A stretch of 56,225 nucleotides of DNA, taken from positions 1 through 56,225 of IMG/VR virus record IMGVR_UViG_3300044614_000423; one strand, written 5' to 3'. Made by a program: the position numbers and the translations under genes. Positions within the stretch are counted from its first letter, which is position 1; every line of letters starts with the position of its first letter. Positions 1 through 10,115 of the stretch are shown piece by piece. Source of the stretch: a virus (Duplodnaviria > Caudoviricetes). Under the pieces are notes generated by a model. The model ran no database searches. It worked only from the letters and a program-made list of their open reading frames with translations, and was not told the DNA's origin.

Positions 1-2
1 GC

Positions 3-251
3 GATACAACGGGTGTAATATACGCTGGCGCGGCGAATCTCGCCGGGTATCAGTTACTTACTGGTGGCACAGCCGGGGAAATCGTATTCCGCGACGGTGG
101 AGCATCCGGTACTGTACTTATGCGGGTTAATATCTCTGCTTCGCCGACCAATCCGTTTTCGACGCTGATTCCCGGCAACGGTATTCGCTTCAACACCAAC
201 ATTCACGTCACGTTGCCCACGGCGGCGGCGGTGACGATTTTCTGCGGCTAA
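3..251 (+). CDS. Partial (5' truncated) small putative virion protein
   Basis: Open frame from the window edge: DTTGVIYAGAANLAGYQLLTGGTAGEIVFRDGGASGTVL...IPGNGIRF...TIFCG*, with TAA at 249-251. Not in the ORF track. Lies in the structural cluster. Confidence 0.75.
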   Translation, partial: DTTGVIYAGAANLAGYQLLTGGTAGEIVFRDGGASGTVLMRVNISASPTNPFSTLIPGNGIRFNTNIHVTLPTAAAVTIFCG

Positions 252-253
252 TC

Positions 254-781
254 ATGCCGAGCAAATCACCAGCTCAGCATCGATTGATGCAAGCCGCCGC
301 TCACACTAAGGGCGGTTTTGGTGGTGTACCTCAAAAGGTCGGTAAAGAATTCATCCGAGCTGACGAGGGTAAAAAATTCAAAGATGGCGGGCTGTATGAT
401 AACATTAATGCGAAACGTGCTAGAATCGCTGAAGGCTCTGGCGAAAAAATGCGCCGAGTCGGTAGCAAAGGTGCGCCAACGGCCGAAGCCTTCAAACAGT
501 CAGCAAAAACCGTCCGAATGAAGGATGGTGGCCCGAGTCTTGCAATAGGTCGAGGCGAGAAGCTCCCGGTCAGTAAAGGGGCGGGATTGACAGAAAAGGG
601 TCGGGCAAAGTATAATCGGGAGACTGGCAGTAATCTGAAAGCTCCACAGCCCCAAGGGGGACCTCGTCGAGATTCATTTTGTGCTAGGATGGAGGGCAAT
701 CCGGGGCCTCTTAAGGACGATCAAGGTCGCCCAACCCGTAAAGCCGCATCACTTAAACGTTGGAATTGCCCGGGGTGGTAA
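254..781 (+). CDS. Basic phage protein of three small modules joined by FKDGG/MKDGG; C-terminal module resembles DUF6321
   Basis: 175 aa, K/R/G rich. C-terminal GRAKYNRETGSNLKAPQP..RRDSFCARM..LKRWNC is typical of DUF6321-like phage proteins (recognised from memory). Confidence 0.75.
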   Translation: MPSKSPAQHRLMQAAAHTKGGFGGVPQKVGKEFIRADEGKKFKDGGLYDNINAKRARIAEGSGEKMRRVGSKGAPTAEAFKQSAKTVRMKDGGPSLAIGRGEKLPVSKGAGLTEKGRAKYNRETGSNLKAPQPQGGPRRDSFCARMEGNPGPLKDDQGRPTRKAASLKRWNCPGW

Positions 782-784
782 CAA

Positions 785-1858
785 ATGGCAACATCTGGGA
801 CAGTAGGATTAACGACAATCAGCGTACAGAATCTGATTGACGACGCGGCGCGGGCTTCAGGTAAGCTCGCCGAGGAATTGACTGTCGAGCAAGTACTCTC
901 TTCCAAGCGTAACCTCTTCTACGTTCTCTCGTCCCTGATAAACAAGGGTATCCAGTACTTCGCGATCAAGAAGACTGTGATCGGACTGAATGCGGATCAA
1001 TATATTTACAACATGCCTGTGGGGTCCAACGACGCGCTTAACGTCTTGTACCGACAGATGGAAAGACCCTCCGGGAGTTACACATCTTCAGCGGGGGGAG
1101 TGGTAGCCAATGTATACGATAATGACACTGCGACGTATTGCCAGCAAACATCTGCCAATGGTAATATATCTGTTAACTACGGCGTTAGCAATCCTGTCTA
1201 CATTGGCTCCATTGGCATTTTACCATTCGTCAGTGGCGGTGGTAGTGCCACTTGGACGATAACGTACGAATACTCCGTAGACGGTTCCACGTGGAACACC
1301 CTTGAAAGCCTTGGCGCGATAGTCGTGTCGGACAATGAATGGGTATGGACTGACATCGATCCCGGACAGAATGTGATCGCATACCGCGTCCGGGCCTCCG
1401 GAGGTACTACGCTTGCGCTTCGTGAATTCTACCTTGGTAATAATAGCCGAGAGATTCAGATGGCCCGCCTGAACCGCGATGACTACACGAACCTGCCCAA
1501 TAAGAATTTTACGGCTAACCAACCCTATCAGTTTTGGTTCGACCGTACCATCCCAGTGCCCACGATCTATCTGTGGCCAGTGCCTTCGGACCCGTTCATC
1601 CAGATGACGGTCTGGTACTCGGCACAAGTCGAGGACGTCGGGGCACTCTCGGGCGAACTCGCAATCCCCGATCGCTGGCTCCTCGCGGTGGAGTCGATGT
1701 TGGCCCACCGGATGTCACTTATTCTCCCTGCCGTGCCACTGGACCGTGTGAAGTACCTTGAAGGCCAAGCCGACCGGAATTTCAACGACGCGGAGCAAGA
1801 GGAGCGCGATAAGTCCCCGATCTACTGGGCACCGAATATCTCGGTGTACACGTCGTAA
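785..1858 (+). CDS. Putative head-tail adaptor with inserted discoidin-like beta domain
   Basis: 357 aa. Helical N-terminus, IYLWPVP motif, central YSVDGSTW beta segment; position in the structural module. Confidence 0.6.
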   Translation: MATSGTVGLTTISVQNLIDDAARASGKLAEELTVEQVLSSKRNLFYVLSSLINKGIQYFAIKKTVIGLNADQYIYNMPVGSNDALNVLYRQMERPSGSYTSSAGGVVANVYDNDTATYCQQTSANGNISVNYGVSNPVYIGSIGILPFVSGGGSATWTITYEYSVDGSTWNTLESLGAIVVSDNEWVWTDIDPGQNVIAYRVRASGGTTLALREFYLGNNSREIQMARLNRDDYTNLPNKNFTANQPYQFWFDRTIPVPTIYLWPVPSDPFIQMTVWYSAQVEDVGALSGELAIPDRWLLAVESMLAHRMSLILPAVPLDRVKYLEGQADRNFNDAEQEERDKSPIYWAPNISVYTS

Positions 1859-2232
1859 TGCCGATATTTCTCGACACCACAGGGCTGACTTCGGTAGCCA
1901 TCGGTGTGTGCGACCGGTGCAAGATGAAATACGCGTTCGTGCGCCTCGGACCCGACCCCAATTTCCCCGGACTCCGGGTATGCGACACGGGATGCCGGGA
2001 CCAGTTTGACCCGTACCGTCTGCCAGCTCGAAAGACTGAGCGCATTAACCTCCGCTTTCCACGCCCCGACGTTAGTGTGGCGGCGAACGATAATTACCTG
2101 ATGACTGGTAGCCAGTCAATGGACGGCTCCAGCCAGTTCCAGATTTCGACGGAGGGGAATACGCAGACGCCGTCGACCAACGGCAACCGGGACACAATCG
2201 CTCCGAGTCCACCCAACAATACGAGTACTTAA
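1858..2232 (+). CDS. Cys-rich hypothetical phage protein
   Basis: CDRC...CDTGC motifs; start overlaps the upstream stop (TAATG). Confidence 0.7.
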   Translation: MPIFLDTTGLTSVAIGVCDRCKMKYAFVRLGPDPNFPGLRVCDTGCRDQFDPYRLPARKTERINLRFPRPDVSVAANDNYLMTGSQSMDGSSQFQISTEGNTQTPSTNGNRDTIAPSPPNNTST

Positions 2233-4386
2233 ATGTCAGCACAAGTAGCCATTACCCAACTCCCCGCCGCTGGTGCGATAACTGGTACTGAGGCGGTTCC
2301 GATCGTACAAAACGGTGTGACGGTTCAGACGACTACGGGTGCGATCTCGGCGTCACCGTCGCAGACTTACCAGTACCTGACCGCGATCCAAACAGCCGCG
2401 TTACCTAACAGCCGATACTTGTCCAGTAGTACCGGAATCGGGCTGACAAACGGAGGTGCGCAGGGTCCTTTGACTATTTCGCTTAATGGTACATCGGGTA
2501 GCCTTGAAGCCGCGAGCGATGGTATCGTCGTAAAAGCCAGCGGGGTGATTATCCCGCGCACGCTTACTGCTTCCGGCACTGGCATTACTGTGACGAACGG
2601 TAGCGGAGTATCGGGGAACCCTACTGTAGCCCTTTCCGGACTCCCCGCCGCACTTGCTTCGGCCAGCGGTACGGGACTCTTGAATATTGTTAGCGGCACA
2701 TCAATCGGGAGCGTTTCGATTCTTGGCACTGCGAATCAAGTCACCGTGGCCAACGGGAACGCTTCGGCCGGTAGTCCAACGATCTCGATCGCGGACAATG
2801 CTATACTGCCCGGGACTGGGTCGATGACTATCCCGAGGGGGACAACAGCTCAGCAACCCGGGGGTTCGGACGGCCAATTCCGGTTCAACACGACTACTTC
2901 AACCTTCGACGGTTACGCGGCCGGGTCTTGGAGGCAGTTTTCGCTGGCCGGTGGCGTAACATCTTTTAGTGCTGGATCAACGGGCTTGACGCCCTCAACT
3001 GGTACTTCAGGCGCGATAACACTTGGCGGCACACTCAATGTAGCGAGTGGCGGTACTGGGGCAAATACCTTGACCGGATATGTATATGGTAACGGTACGG
3101 GTGCGATGACCGCCAGCACTACGATACCTACGACGAATTTGTCGGGCACTGTTACCAACGCACAGCTCGCCAATAGCGCGATCACGATCAACGGATCCTC
3201 TGTAAGTCTCGGCGGCTCTGTGGCCGTGACTGCCACGGCTACGAATGCATTAACAATCGGTACGGGTCTATCCGGTACGTCCTACAACGGATCGGCTCCA
3301 GTCACGATTGCGATCGATTCGACCGTAGCCACGTTGACTGGCACACAAACGCTGACTAATAAGACTATCAGCGGCTCTACTAACACTCTGTCAAACATCG
3401 CCAACGCTAGCTTGACCAACTCGTCATTGACGATTGGTACGACAGCAATCGCTTTGGGCGCATCTAGCTTGACGCTTGGTGGTCTAACATCTGTCGCTGT
3501 CACGCAAGATCCTACCTCTGCGCTTCAATTGGCGACCAAACAATACGTGGATGCTGTAGCTGAAGGTCTTCATGTCCATGCGGCTTGCGCGGCGGCGACC
3601 ACAGGAACGCTCGCATCAATCACAGGTGGCACAGTAACGTACAATAACGGTACTGCTGGTGTAGGAGCTACCCTAACGCTGTCTGTAGCTTTGACCACGC
3701 TAGATGGTTACACCTTGCTCAATGGCGACCGAGTTCTTGTGAAGAACGAAGCCACACAAGCGAACAATGGTATCTACACATGGGCTACAGGTGGCACGGT
3801 TCTAACTCGTGCTACTGACTTCGACACCGCTGTCGAGATGGCCAGTGGTGACTTCACCTTCATCACTAACGGTACGCTGTACGCAAACACTGGATGGGTT
3901 CAAACTGACCCTGTGACTACGGTAGGCACAAGCCTTGTGGTTTGGGTGCAGTTTTCTGGCGCAGGCGCATACACCGCTGGCACTGGCCTGACGTTGACTG
4001 GTACACAGTTCAGCATCACCAACACTGCCGTTACAGCCACTTCGTATGGCTCTGCTACTCAAGTAGGTACATTTACTGTCAATGCTCAAGGTCAACTGAC
4101 AGCGGCAGGAAACACTACAGTAACACCTGCGGTGGGATCTATTACTGGATTGGGTACTGGTGTAGCATCGGCTCTAGCGGTCAACGTAGGCTCTGCTGGC
4201 GCTTTTGTAACGTTCAATGGCGCGTTGGGTACACCGAGTTCTGGTACAGTTACGAATCTGACTGGTACTGCATCGATTAATATTAACGGAACTGTGGGTG
4301 CGACGACACCTACGACTGGCGCATTTACTACTGTAGCCGCGACAACAGTAACAGCAACAACTGGCATCTTTGGAGGAACATTCTAA
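2233..4386 (+). CDS. Tail fibre-like structural protein
   Basis: 717 aa G/T/S/A-rich beta repeats; ATKQYVD, DRVLVKNE..NGIY and RATDFD segments typical of phage fibres. Confidence 0.8.
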   Translation: MSAQVAITQLPAAGAITGTEAVPIVQNGVTVQTTTGAISASPSQTYQYLTAIQTAALPNSRYLSSSTGIGLTNGGAQGPLTISLNGTSGSLEAASDGIVVKASGVIIPRTLTASGTGITVTNGSGVSGNPTVALSGLPAALASASGTGLLNIVSGTSIGSVSILGTANQVTVANGNASAGSPTISIADNAILPGTGSMTIPRGTTAQQPGGSDGQFRFNTTTSTFDGYAAGSWRQFSLAGGVTSFSAGSTGLTPSTGTSGAITLGGTLNVASGGTGANTLTGYVYGNGTGAMTASTTIPTTNLSGTVTNAQLANSAITINGSSVSLGGSVAVTATATNALTIGTGLSGTSYNGSAPVTIAIDSTVATLTGTQTLTNKTISGSTNTLSNIANASLTNSSLTIGTTAIALGASSLTLGGLTSVAVTQDPTSALQLATKQYVDAVAEGLHVHAACAAATTGTLASITGGTVTYNNGTAGVGATLTLSVALTTLDGYTLLNGDRVLVKNEATQANNGIYTWATGGTVLTRATDFDTAVEMASGDFTFITNGTLYANTGWVQTDPVTTVGTSLVVWVQFSGAGAYTAGTGLTLTGTQFSITNTAVTATSYGSATQVGTFTVNAQGQLTAAGNTTVTPAVGSITGLGTGVASALAVNVGSAGAFVTFNGALGTPSSGTVTNLTGTASININGTVGATTPTTGAFTTVAATTVTATTGIFGGTF

Positions 4387-7300
4387 TGGCACAAGCAGGC
4401 TACACGCCCATATCTCTCTACTACAGCACGACTGCATCTGCTGTTCCTACTGCTGGTAACCTCGCTTCAGGCGAGTTGGCGATCAACATTACCGACGGTA
4501 AGCTGTACTACAAGAACAACTCTGGTGTAGTGACTCTGCTTGCTGGTGCAACGGCTGGCCCCGCTGGTGGCTCTAACACTCAAGTTCAGTTCAACTCTTC
4601 TGGTGTGTTGGCTGGTGATGCAGACTTCACATTCAACGGCACTTCTGTAACAATGGCTAACGATGCCTTGATTAGTGGAATGACTGTTGGTAAAGGTACG
4701 GGCGCTGTGTCTACCAATACTGTAGTAGGAAATGCGGCTCTTTTTCTAAATACTACTGGAGCAAGTAACGTAGCCGTTGGTATAAACGCACTCCAATCAA
4801 ATAGTAGTGGAAGTAATAACGTTGCTGTTGGTCAAAATTCTCTTATAGGAAACACAACTGGTTCAAGCAATACCGCTATTGGTAGAGATGCTCTTGTGTT
4901 TAACACTACAGCATTTAACAACACCGCTGTTGGCTACCAAGCTGGGTACAGCAACACTACAGGCACAGGACTTGTTGTACTTGGAAAGACTGCTGGTTAC
5001 GGCAACACCACAGGATCATACAATGTGTTCGTTGGTTTGGAGTCTGGATACACCAACAGCACAGGCGCAAGCAATACTGGCGTAGGTACAGCGGCTTTGT
5101 TTGCAAATACTACAGGTGGACAGAATACAGCCCTTGGTAGAGATGCACTTGTTTCTAACACCACAGCATCATCTAACACAGCCGTTGGTTACCAAGCGGC
5201 TTACAGCAACACAACTGGCTCATTTAATACTGCTGTGGGTAATCAAGCCGGGTATTTAAATACGACAGGAGTAGAGAGTGTTTATATTGGTCGGACAGCT
5301 GGATACAGTAACACGACTGGTAACTACAACTCTGCTCTTGGTGCTGGTGCGTTAGCAAATAACACCACAGCATCTAACAACACTGCTGTAGGTTATCAAT
5401 CGCTTTATGCAAATGCAACTGGCGCTCGGTCAACCGCTGTCGGTCATTCCGCTTTGTATAGCTCTACTGTTAGTGATAACACGGGTATTGGATATTTTGC
5501 GGGTTATTCAATAAGCTCTGGTCAATACAACCTTGCAGTTGGCGGCGGTGATGGCGCAACTGGCTCTACCCTTTCCAACAACACTACAGGCTCAAACAAC
5601 ACTGCGCTTGGTTTCCAAGCACTTCGCTCCAACACCACAGCATCTAGCAACACTGCTGTAGGTTATCAGGCGGGGTACAGCAATACCACTGGCGCATCCA
5701 ATACGGTGCTTGGGGGAACTGCGTTTTACTCAAATACTGCGGGGTTTAATAACACTGCCGTGGGTCGCAATGCCATGTATTTAAACACTACAGGCAATTC
5801 AAATGCGGCTTTTGGCATGGGTGCTTTGGGAAATAACACCATAGGTGTAAATAATACCGCTTTAGGCAAAGATGCGCTTAACGCTAACACCACTGAATCT
5901 AGTAATACTGCGGTCGGTTTTCAAGCTGGTTACTCAAATACAACTGGTTTGTATTTAACTGCTGTTGGTTCTTCCGCACTTTTTTCATGCACAACTGGTC
6001 TTCAAAATAATGCCTTTGGCATTAACACTTTGTATAGCACAACCACTGGTAGTTACAACACTGCGTTTGGTAGTCAAGCAATGTTGTTTAATACCACAGG
6101 TTTTAATAACACGGCAATTGGTTATAAAGCTCTTTACAACAACACAACAGCCGCATACAACACTGCCGTAGGATTTGAGGCGGGAATTGTTAACACGACT
6201 GGACTAATTACAGCGTTCGGTTCGCAAGCCTTGTATTCCAATACAACAGGTGTTGGAAACGTGGCGGTTGGTGGTTATACAACTGGAACAAATTATGCGG
6301 CTCTTACATTTAACACCACTGGCTCGTATAACACAGCTATGGGTACAGGCGCACTTCAAGGCAACACCACAGCAATCAACAATACCGCTGTTGGTTATCA
6401 GGCGGGGTATAGCAATACTATAGGCGAAAGCAACGTAGCTTTGGGTTTTCAAGCTGGATATAGCAATACTACTAGTGGTGGAAATACTACAGTTGGCGCT
6501 CAAGCTGGTCTTGGAAATACTGCTGACAACATTGTTGCAATTGGCGGTAGTGCGCTTCGCAACAATACGGGCGCAGGAAACACTGCGGTAGGTTCTACCA
6601 CTCTTCAAATCAACACATCTGGCATTGCGAATACAGCAGTTGGAACTTATCTAGGCGGTTCTTATTTTGGGGCGCTGTATGCAAACACCACTGGTTCATA
6701 CAATAATGCTTTCGGTGTTGGTACACTTGTAAATAACACCACAGCATCAGCAAACAATGCTTTTGGTTATGCGGCTTTAGCTACAAACACTACTGGCCCA
6801 AGCAATTCAGCGTTTGGCCATGCGGCATTGGTAGCCAACACTACTGGTGGAGAAAATGTCGCATTCGGTCATACAGCCCTGCAAGCCAACACTACAGGTT
6901 CTGTTAATTCCGTTTTGGGCTATCAGGCGTTGTATAGCAACCAAGCGAACTCAGGTAATGTTGCGATTGGCGCTCAAGCAGGCTACAGCACAGTACGAGC
7001 AAACAACAACACTTTTGTCGGCTATCAATCGGGTTACTATTTTAACTTCGGGTCTAGCGTAAACGCTTTCAACACATTTATTGGTGCGGGTGCTGGATCA
7101 CAAATAACAACTGGTCTTAAAAATGTCGTCCTTGGTTCCTACAACGGCAACCAAAATGGCGTAGACATTCGCACATCAAGCAACAACATCGTGATATCTG
7201 ATGGGGATGGAAATTTACGGGGTTATCATGTTGGAAACCAATGGCAATGGATTGCGGGAGGTAATGGTTCTACTACTGTAACTTGGGATGGCAGTGAATT

Positions 7301-7745
7301 TTTTCCAACTCCGGATAACACTGTAAAACTTGGATTTCCGTCATATCGTTGGACAACTGTTTATGCAACGACAGGCACAATTAACACATCAGATGTAAAT
7401 CAAAAGCAAGACATTGCTTTGCTTGATGACGCTGAAAAACGTGTTGCCATTGCAATTAAATCACTCATCAAAAAATATCGTTTCAAAGATGCTGTTGCTC
7501 AAAAGGGTGATGCCGCCCGTATTCACGTTGGTGCTATTGCTCAAGATGTACAAGCCGCTTTTGTTGCTGAAGGTTTAGACCCTACTCGATATGCTTTGTT
7601 CTGCTCTGACACTTGGTATGAAGTTGATGGGAAAGCGGGTATGCCCTCTGACCCATACACAGCAGAAACAGAAGGCGCTATTGAAGTCACTAGACTTGGA
7701 TTGCGCTACGAACAACTCTTGGCATTTGTAATTGCCGCACTTTAA
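4386..7745 (+). CDS. Long tail fibre/spike with NTAVG beta-roll repeats and C-terminal intramolecular chaperone (peptidase S74-like)
   Basis: 1119 aa. Dozens of ~14-aa NTAVGxxAxxxNTT repeats; C-terminal TSDVNQKQDI...HVGAIAQDV...GLRYEQL auto-cleavage chaperone signature. Confidence 0.85.
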   Translation: MAQAGYTPISLYYSTTASAVPTAGNLASGELAINITDGKLYYKNNSGVVTLLAGATAGPAGGSNTQVQFNSSGVLAGDADFTFNGTSVTMANDALISGMTVGKGTGAVSTNTVVGNAALFLNTTGASNVAVGINALQSNSSGSNNVAVGQNSLIGNTTGSSNTAIGRDALVFNTTAFNNTAVGYQAGYSNTTGTGLVVLGKTAGYGNTTGSYNVFVGLESGYTNSTGASNTGVGTAALFANTTGGQNTALGRDALVSNTTASSNTAVGYQAAYSNTTGSFNTAVGNQAGYLNTTGVESVYIGRTAGYSNTTGNYNSALGAGALANNTTASNNTAVGYQSLYANATGARSTAVGHSALYSSTVSDNTGIGYFAGYSISSGQYNLAVGGGDGATGSTLSNNTTGSNNTALGFQALRSNTTASSNTAVGYQAGYSNTTGASNTVLGGTAFYSNTAGFNNTAVGRNAMYLNTTGNSNAAFGMGALGNNTIGVNNTALGKDALNANTTESSNTAVGFQAGYSNTTGLYLTAVGSSALFSCTTGLQNNAFGINTLYSTTTGSYNTAFGSQAMLFNTTGFNNTAIGYKALYNNTTAAYNTAVGFEAGIVNTTGLITAFGSQALYSNTTGVGNVAVGGYTTGTNYAALTFNTTGSYNTAMGTGALQGNTTAINNTAVGYQAGYSNTIGESNVALGFQAGYSNTTSGGNTTVGAQAGLGNTADNIVAIGGSALRNNTGAGNTAVGSTTLQINTSGIANTAVGTYLGGSYFGALYANTTGSYNNAFGVGTLVNNTTASANNAFGYAALATNTTGPSNSAFGHAALVANTTGGENVAFGHTALQANTTGSVNSVLGYQALYSNQANSGNVAIGAQAGYSTVRANNNTFVGYQSGYYFNFGSSVNAFNTFIGAGAGSQITTGLKNVVLGSYNGNQNGVDIRTSSNNIVISDGDGNLRGYHVGNQWQWIAGGNGSTTVTWDGSEFFPTPDNTVKLGFPSYRWTTVYATTGTINTSDVNQKQDIALLDDAEKRVAIAIKSLIKKYRFKDAVAQKGDAARIHVGAIAQDVQAAFVAEGLDPTRYALFCSDTWYEVDGKAGMPSDPYTAETEGAIEVTRLGLRYEQLLAFVIAAL
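4700..7150 (+). repeat. Degenerate ~42-bp (14-aa) tandem coding repeats in the tail fibre
   Basis: Repeated NT(A)VGYQAGYSNTTG units; near-identical DNA copies such as aacaccacagcatcta(a/g)caacactgctgtaggttatca at ~5361 and ~5631. Confidence 0.85.
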
Positions 7746-7762
7746 CCCCTGAAAGGAAAATC

Positions 7763-7984
7763 ATGACTATTGAAACACAAACCCCAACCCCAGAAGAAAT
7801 TGCTCGTCACTACAGTGCCGCAATGGACTCAGTAAACCTGATTAACGGCAACAAGCCCGAGATGATGTCTGACGAAGATTGGGCTGACACTGTTGCTCGT
7901 AACAAAGAGCACCTCAAGATCATGTTGGCTAAAGACTTCTGGACAACAGAAAATCTAGCGCCTCTGCAAGCCGCATCAGCATAA
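7763..7984 (+). CDS. Hypothetical protein (possibly tail-fibre associated)
   Basis: AAGGA RBS, 73 aa, follows the fibre gene. Confidence 0.75.
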   Translation: MTIETQTPTPEEIARHYSAAMDSVNLINGNKPEMMSDEDWADTVARNKEHLKIMLAKDFWTTENLAPLQAASA

Positions 7985-8029
7985 CGGGAAGCCACCACCC
8001 GACCTTGGTGGCGCATTAAAGGAAACATC

Positions 8030-8254
8030 ATGGGAAACGAAAAAAAGACCCCTGTGACAATCGACGGTGTAGAGTACAAGTACGAAGACATGACACAGCA
8101 ACAGCAGATGTTGCTCAACCATGTTGCCGATTTGGATCGTAAACTAGACTCAGCAAGATTTAACGTGGATCAGTTGCAAGTAGGCAGAGACGCCTTCTTC
8201 AGAATGCTGAAGGATGCGTTAGAAGCTAAGCCTGAAGTAGAGGCGATTAATTAA
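8030..8254 (+). CDS. Hypothetical coiled-coil protein
   Basis: AAGGA RBS, 74 aa. Confidence 0.75.
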   Translation: MGNEKKTPVTIDGVEYKYEDMTQQQQMLLNHVADLDRKLDSARFNVDQLQVGRDAFFRMLKDALEAKPEVEAIN

Positions 8255-8263
8255 GGTGCAAAT

Positions 8264-8458
8264 ATGGACTCGGTGGAGACTAAATTGTCGGTACATGAAG
8301 CAATCTGCGCACAGCGTTACGAGCGTATAAACGAATCGCTCGATAGCGGCAAAAAGCGGATGAAAACAATCGAGATATTGCTTTATATCACGATCGCCGC
8401 AGTGCTCCTTGGCCCGGGGGTCGCCGCCGAGTTCGTTAAAAAGTTATTGGGATTGTGA
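8264..8458 (+). CDS. Small membrane protein (lysis region)
   Basis: AAGGTG RBS; HEAICAQRY followed by one hydrophobic helix. Confidence 0.75.
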   Translation: MDSVETKLSVHEAICAQRYERINESLDSGKKRMKTIEILLYITIAAVLLGPGVAAEFVKKLLGL

Positions 8459-8477
8459 TCGGTGTGCGAGTCAATGT

Positions 8478-8978
8478 ATGATCCCAATCGATCCGATCAC
8501 AGCTCTGGAAGGACTACAGACTGCTATTAGTGTAGTCAAGAAGGCAAGCAAGGTCGCAAGTGATCTGGCGGGATTGGCTCCATCCATTGCGCGGCTTTTT
8601 GATGCAAAGAGTACCGCTACCAAGGCAATGCTTCAGGCCAAGCGTACAGGTGGTAAATCCAACCTTGGTGCGGCGTTACAGATTGAAATGGCCTTGGATG
8701 AGGCCAAGCGGTTTGAGGAACAGCTAAAGATGCTGTTCATGCAGGCGGGACGCATAGACGTATGGAATGCGACCAAGGCTCGGCAAGCTGAGATGGATAG
8801 GGACGACGCCCGAGAGATGGCAGAGCTGAAGGCTGAAGAGAAGAAGCGCAAGGAAGCCGAGCAGGAGCAGATGGAGTGGGCGGTCGGAATTGTGGTGATT
8901 GTGATGCTCTTAGGTGCTATCGGCTGGGGGCTTAACGAAATGGCCGAACTGTGTGCCAAGACAAGGTGTGGTCGGTGA
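8478..8978 (+). CDS. Membrane-anchored coiled-coil protein
   Basis: Likely start ATG 8478 (MIPIDPIT); C-terminal TM segment WAVGIVVIVMLLGAIGWGL. Confidence 0.7.
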   Translation: MIPIDPITALEGLQTAISVVKKASKVASDLAGLAPSIARLFDAKSTATKAMLQAKRTGGKSNLGAALQIEMALDEAKRFEEQLKMLFMQAGRIDVWNATKARQAEMDRDDAREMAELKAEEKKRKEAEQEQMEWAVGIVVIVMLLGAIGWGLNEMAELCAKTRCGR

Positions 8979-9124
8979 ATGAGTACCAGAAACAGTTTGA
9001 CCTTTTCCTCAAAGTATTCGTCAGGCTGTGTGTGGCTTGGTGGGTGCTTGGACTGTTGCAGTACCTGCCGGATGAGCTAGCGGGAAAGATTGTTGATAAA
9101 CTACTTGGAATGATTGGACTTTAA
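8975..9124 (+). CDS. Small membrane protein, 49 aa
   Basis: GTG overlaps the upstream TGA: MNEYQKQFDLFLKVFVRLCVAWWVLGLLQYLPDELAGKIVDKLLGMIGL*. Fills the gap exactly; below the ORF-track cutoff. Confidence 0.65.
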   Translation: MNEYQKQFDLFLKVFVRLCVAWWVLGLLQYLPDELAGKIVDKLLGMIGL

Positions 9125-9640
9125 ATGCTGACACTACTTTCTACTTTGATCTCGTTCCTGATGGGTGGCTTGCCCAAACTTTTGGATTTCTTCCAAGACC
9201 GTGCAGATAAGAAGCATGAGCTAAACCTTGCTCAAATGCAGATTACCCGTGAGTTAGAACTGCGTAAAGCGGGTTTTGAAGCCCAAGAGCGGATCGAGCA
9301 CATCAAGTCAGAACAGCTTGAAACAGAGAGCGCGGCTAATACTAAGCAGATTCTGATCGGCGCACAACAGGCTGAGATGCAGGCAATCTACGCCCACGAT
9401 ACAAGTTTGAATGAAGGCACTAGCGAGTGGATGAAGAACCTTCGCGCCAGCGTTCGCCCTGTTATTACTTACGGTTTCTTCTTCTTGTTGCTGTTTGTGG
9501 ATGTTGGATTGTTTGCTTACGGCTGGAGCCGTGATGTGCCATTCACAGAGTTAGCAGAGATGCTGTGGGACTCTGACACCCAAGCCTTGTTTGCTTCCAT
9601 CATTGCTTTCCACTTTGGTGGCCGGGCGTTTGGCAAATGA
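9125..9640 (+). CDS. Putative holin (3TM-holin-like)
   Basis: N-terminal hydrophobic segment, SVRPVITY TM helix, FHFGGR C-terminus; immediately upstream of the lysozyme. Confidence 0.65.
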   Translation: MLTLLSTLISFLMGGLPKLLDFFQDRADKKHELNLAQMQITRELELRKAGFEAQERIEHIKSEQLETESAANTKQILIGAQQAEMQAIYAHDTSLNEGTSEWMKNLRASVRPVITYGFFFLLLFVDVGLFAYGWSRDVPFTELAEMLWDSDTQALFASIIAFHFGGRAFGK

Positions 9641-10113
9641 AGATCTCAGCCAAGTGTTTAAACATGATTCGCCATCACGAGGGTGTGAGGCTAAATCCCT
9701 ACAAATGCCCAGCCAAGCTCTGGACTGTAGGCGTGGGGCACGTAATGTTCCCGGAGCAAGGTAAGCTCAAGATAGATCAGCGGGATGCCTTTGTACCCCC
9801 GCCGGAAGCCATGCGTAAACACTCAATGGAGGAAGTCGATGCAATACTTAGGGCAGACCTTGCTCGGTTTGAGAAAGGCGTGGGTACTTATTGTCCTGTG
9901 CCTCTTACTCAAGGACAGTTTGACGCACTGGTATCTTTTGCTTTCAATGTAGGACTAGGCACTCTCCAGCGTTCGACCCTGCGCCAAAAGGTACTACGTG
10001 GCGATATGGCTGGGGCGGCCGAGGAGCTTTTGAAATACTGCATGGCGGGTGGGAAAGTGCTCAGAGGCCTCCAAAACCGCCGGATCGACGAACGGGCACT
10101 ATTCCTCTCCTAG
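9637..10113 (+). CDS. Endolysin, GH24 (T4-type) lysozyme
   Basis: HEG-x-YKCPAKLWTVGVGH (E-x8-C-x5-T triad), QFDALVSFAFNVG, GLQNRRIDE. Confidence 0.92.
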   Translation: MKISAKCLNMIRHHEGVRLNPYKCPAKLWTVGVGHVMFPEQGKLKIDQRDAFVPPPEAMRKHSMEEVDAILRADLARFEKGVGTYCPVPLTQGQFDALVSFAFNVGLGTLQRSTLRQKVLRGDMAGAAEELLKYCMAGGKVLRGLQNRRIDERALFLS

Positions 10114-10115
10114 GA

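Noticed and set aside
4386-7745. Diversity-generating retroelement acting on the fibre
   Set aside because: No reverse transcriptase and no adenine-specific template/variable repeat pair; the repeats are structural.
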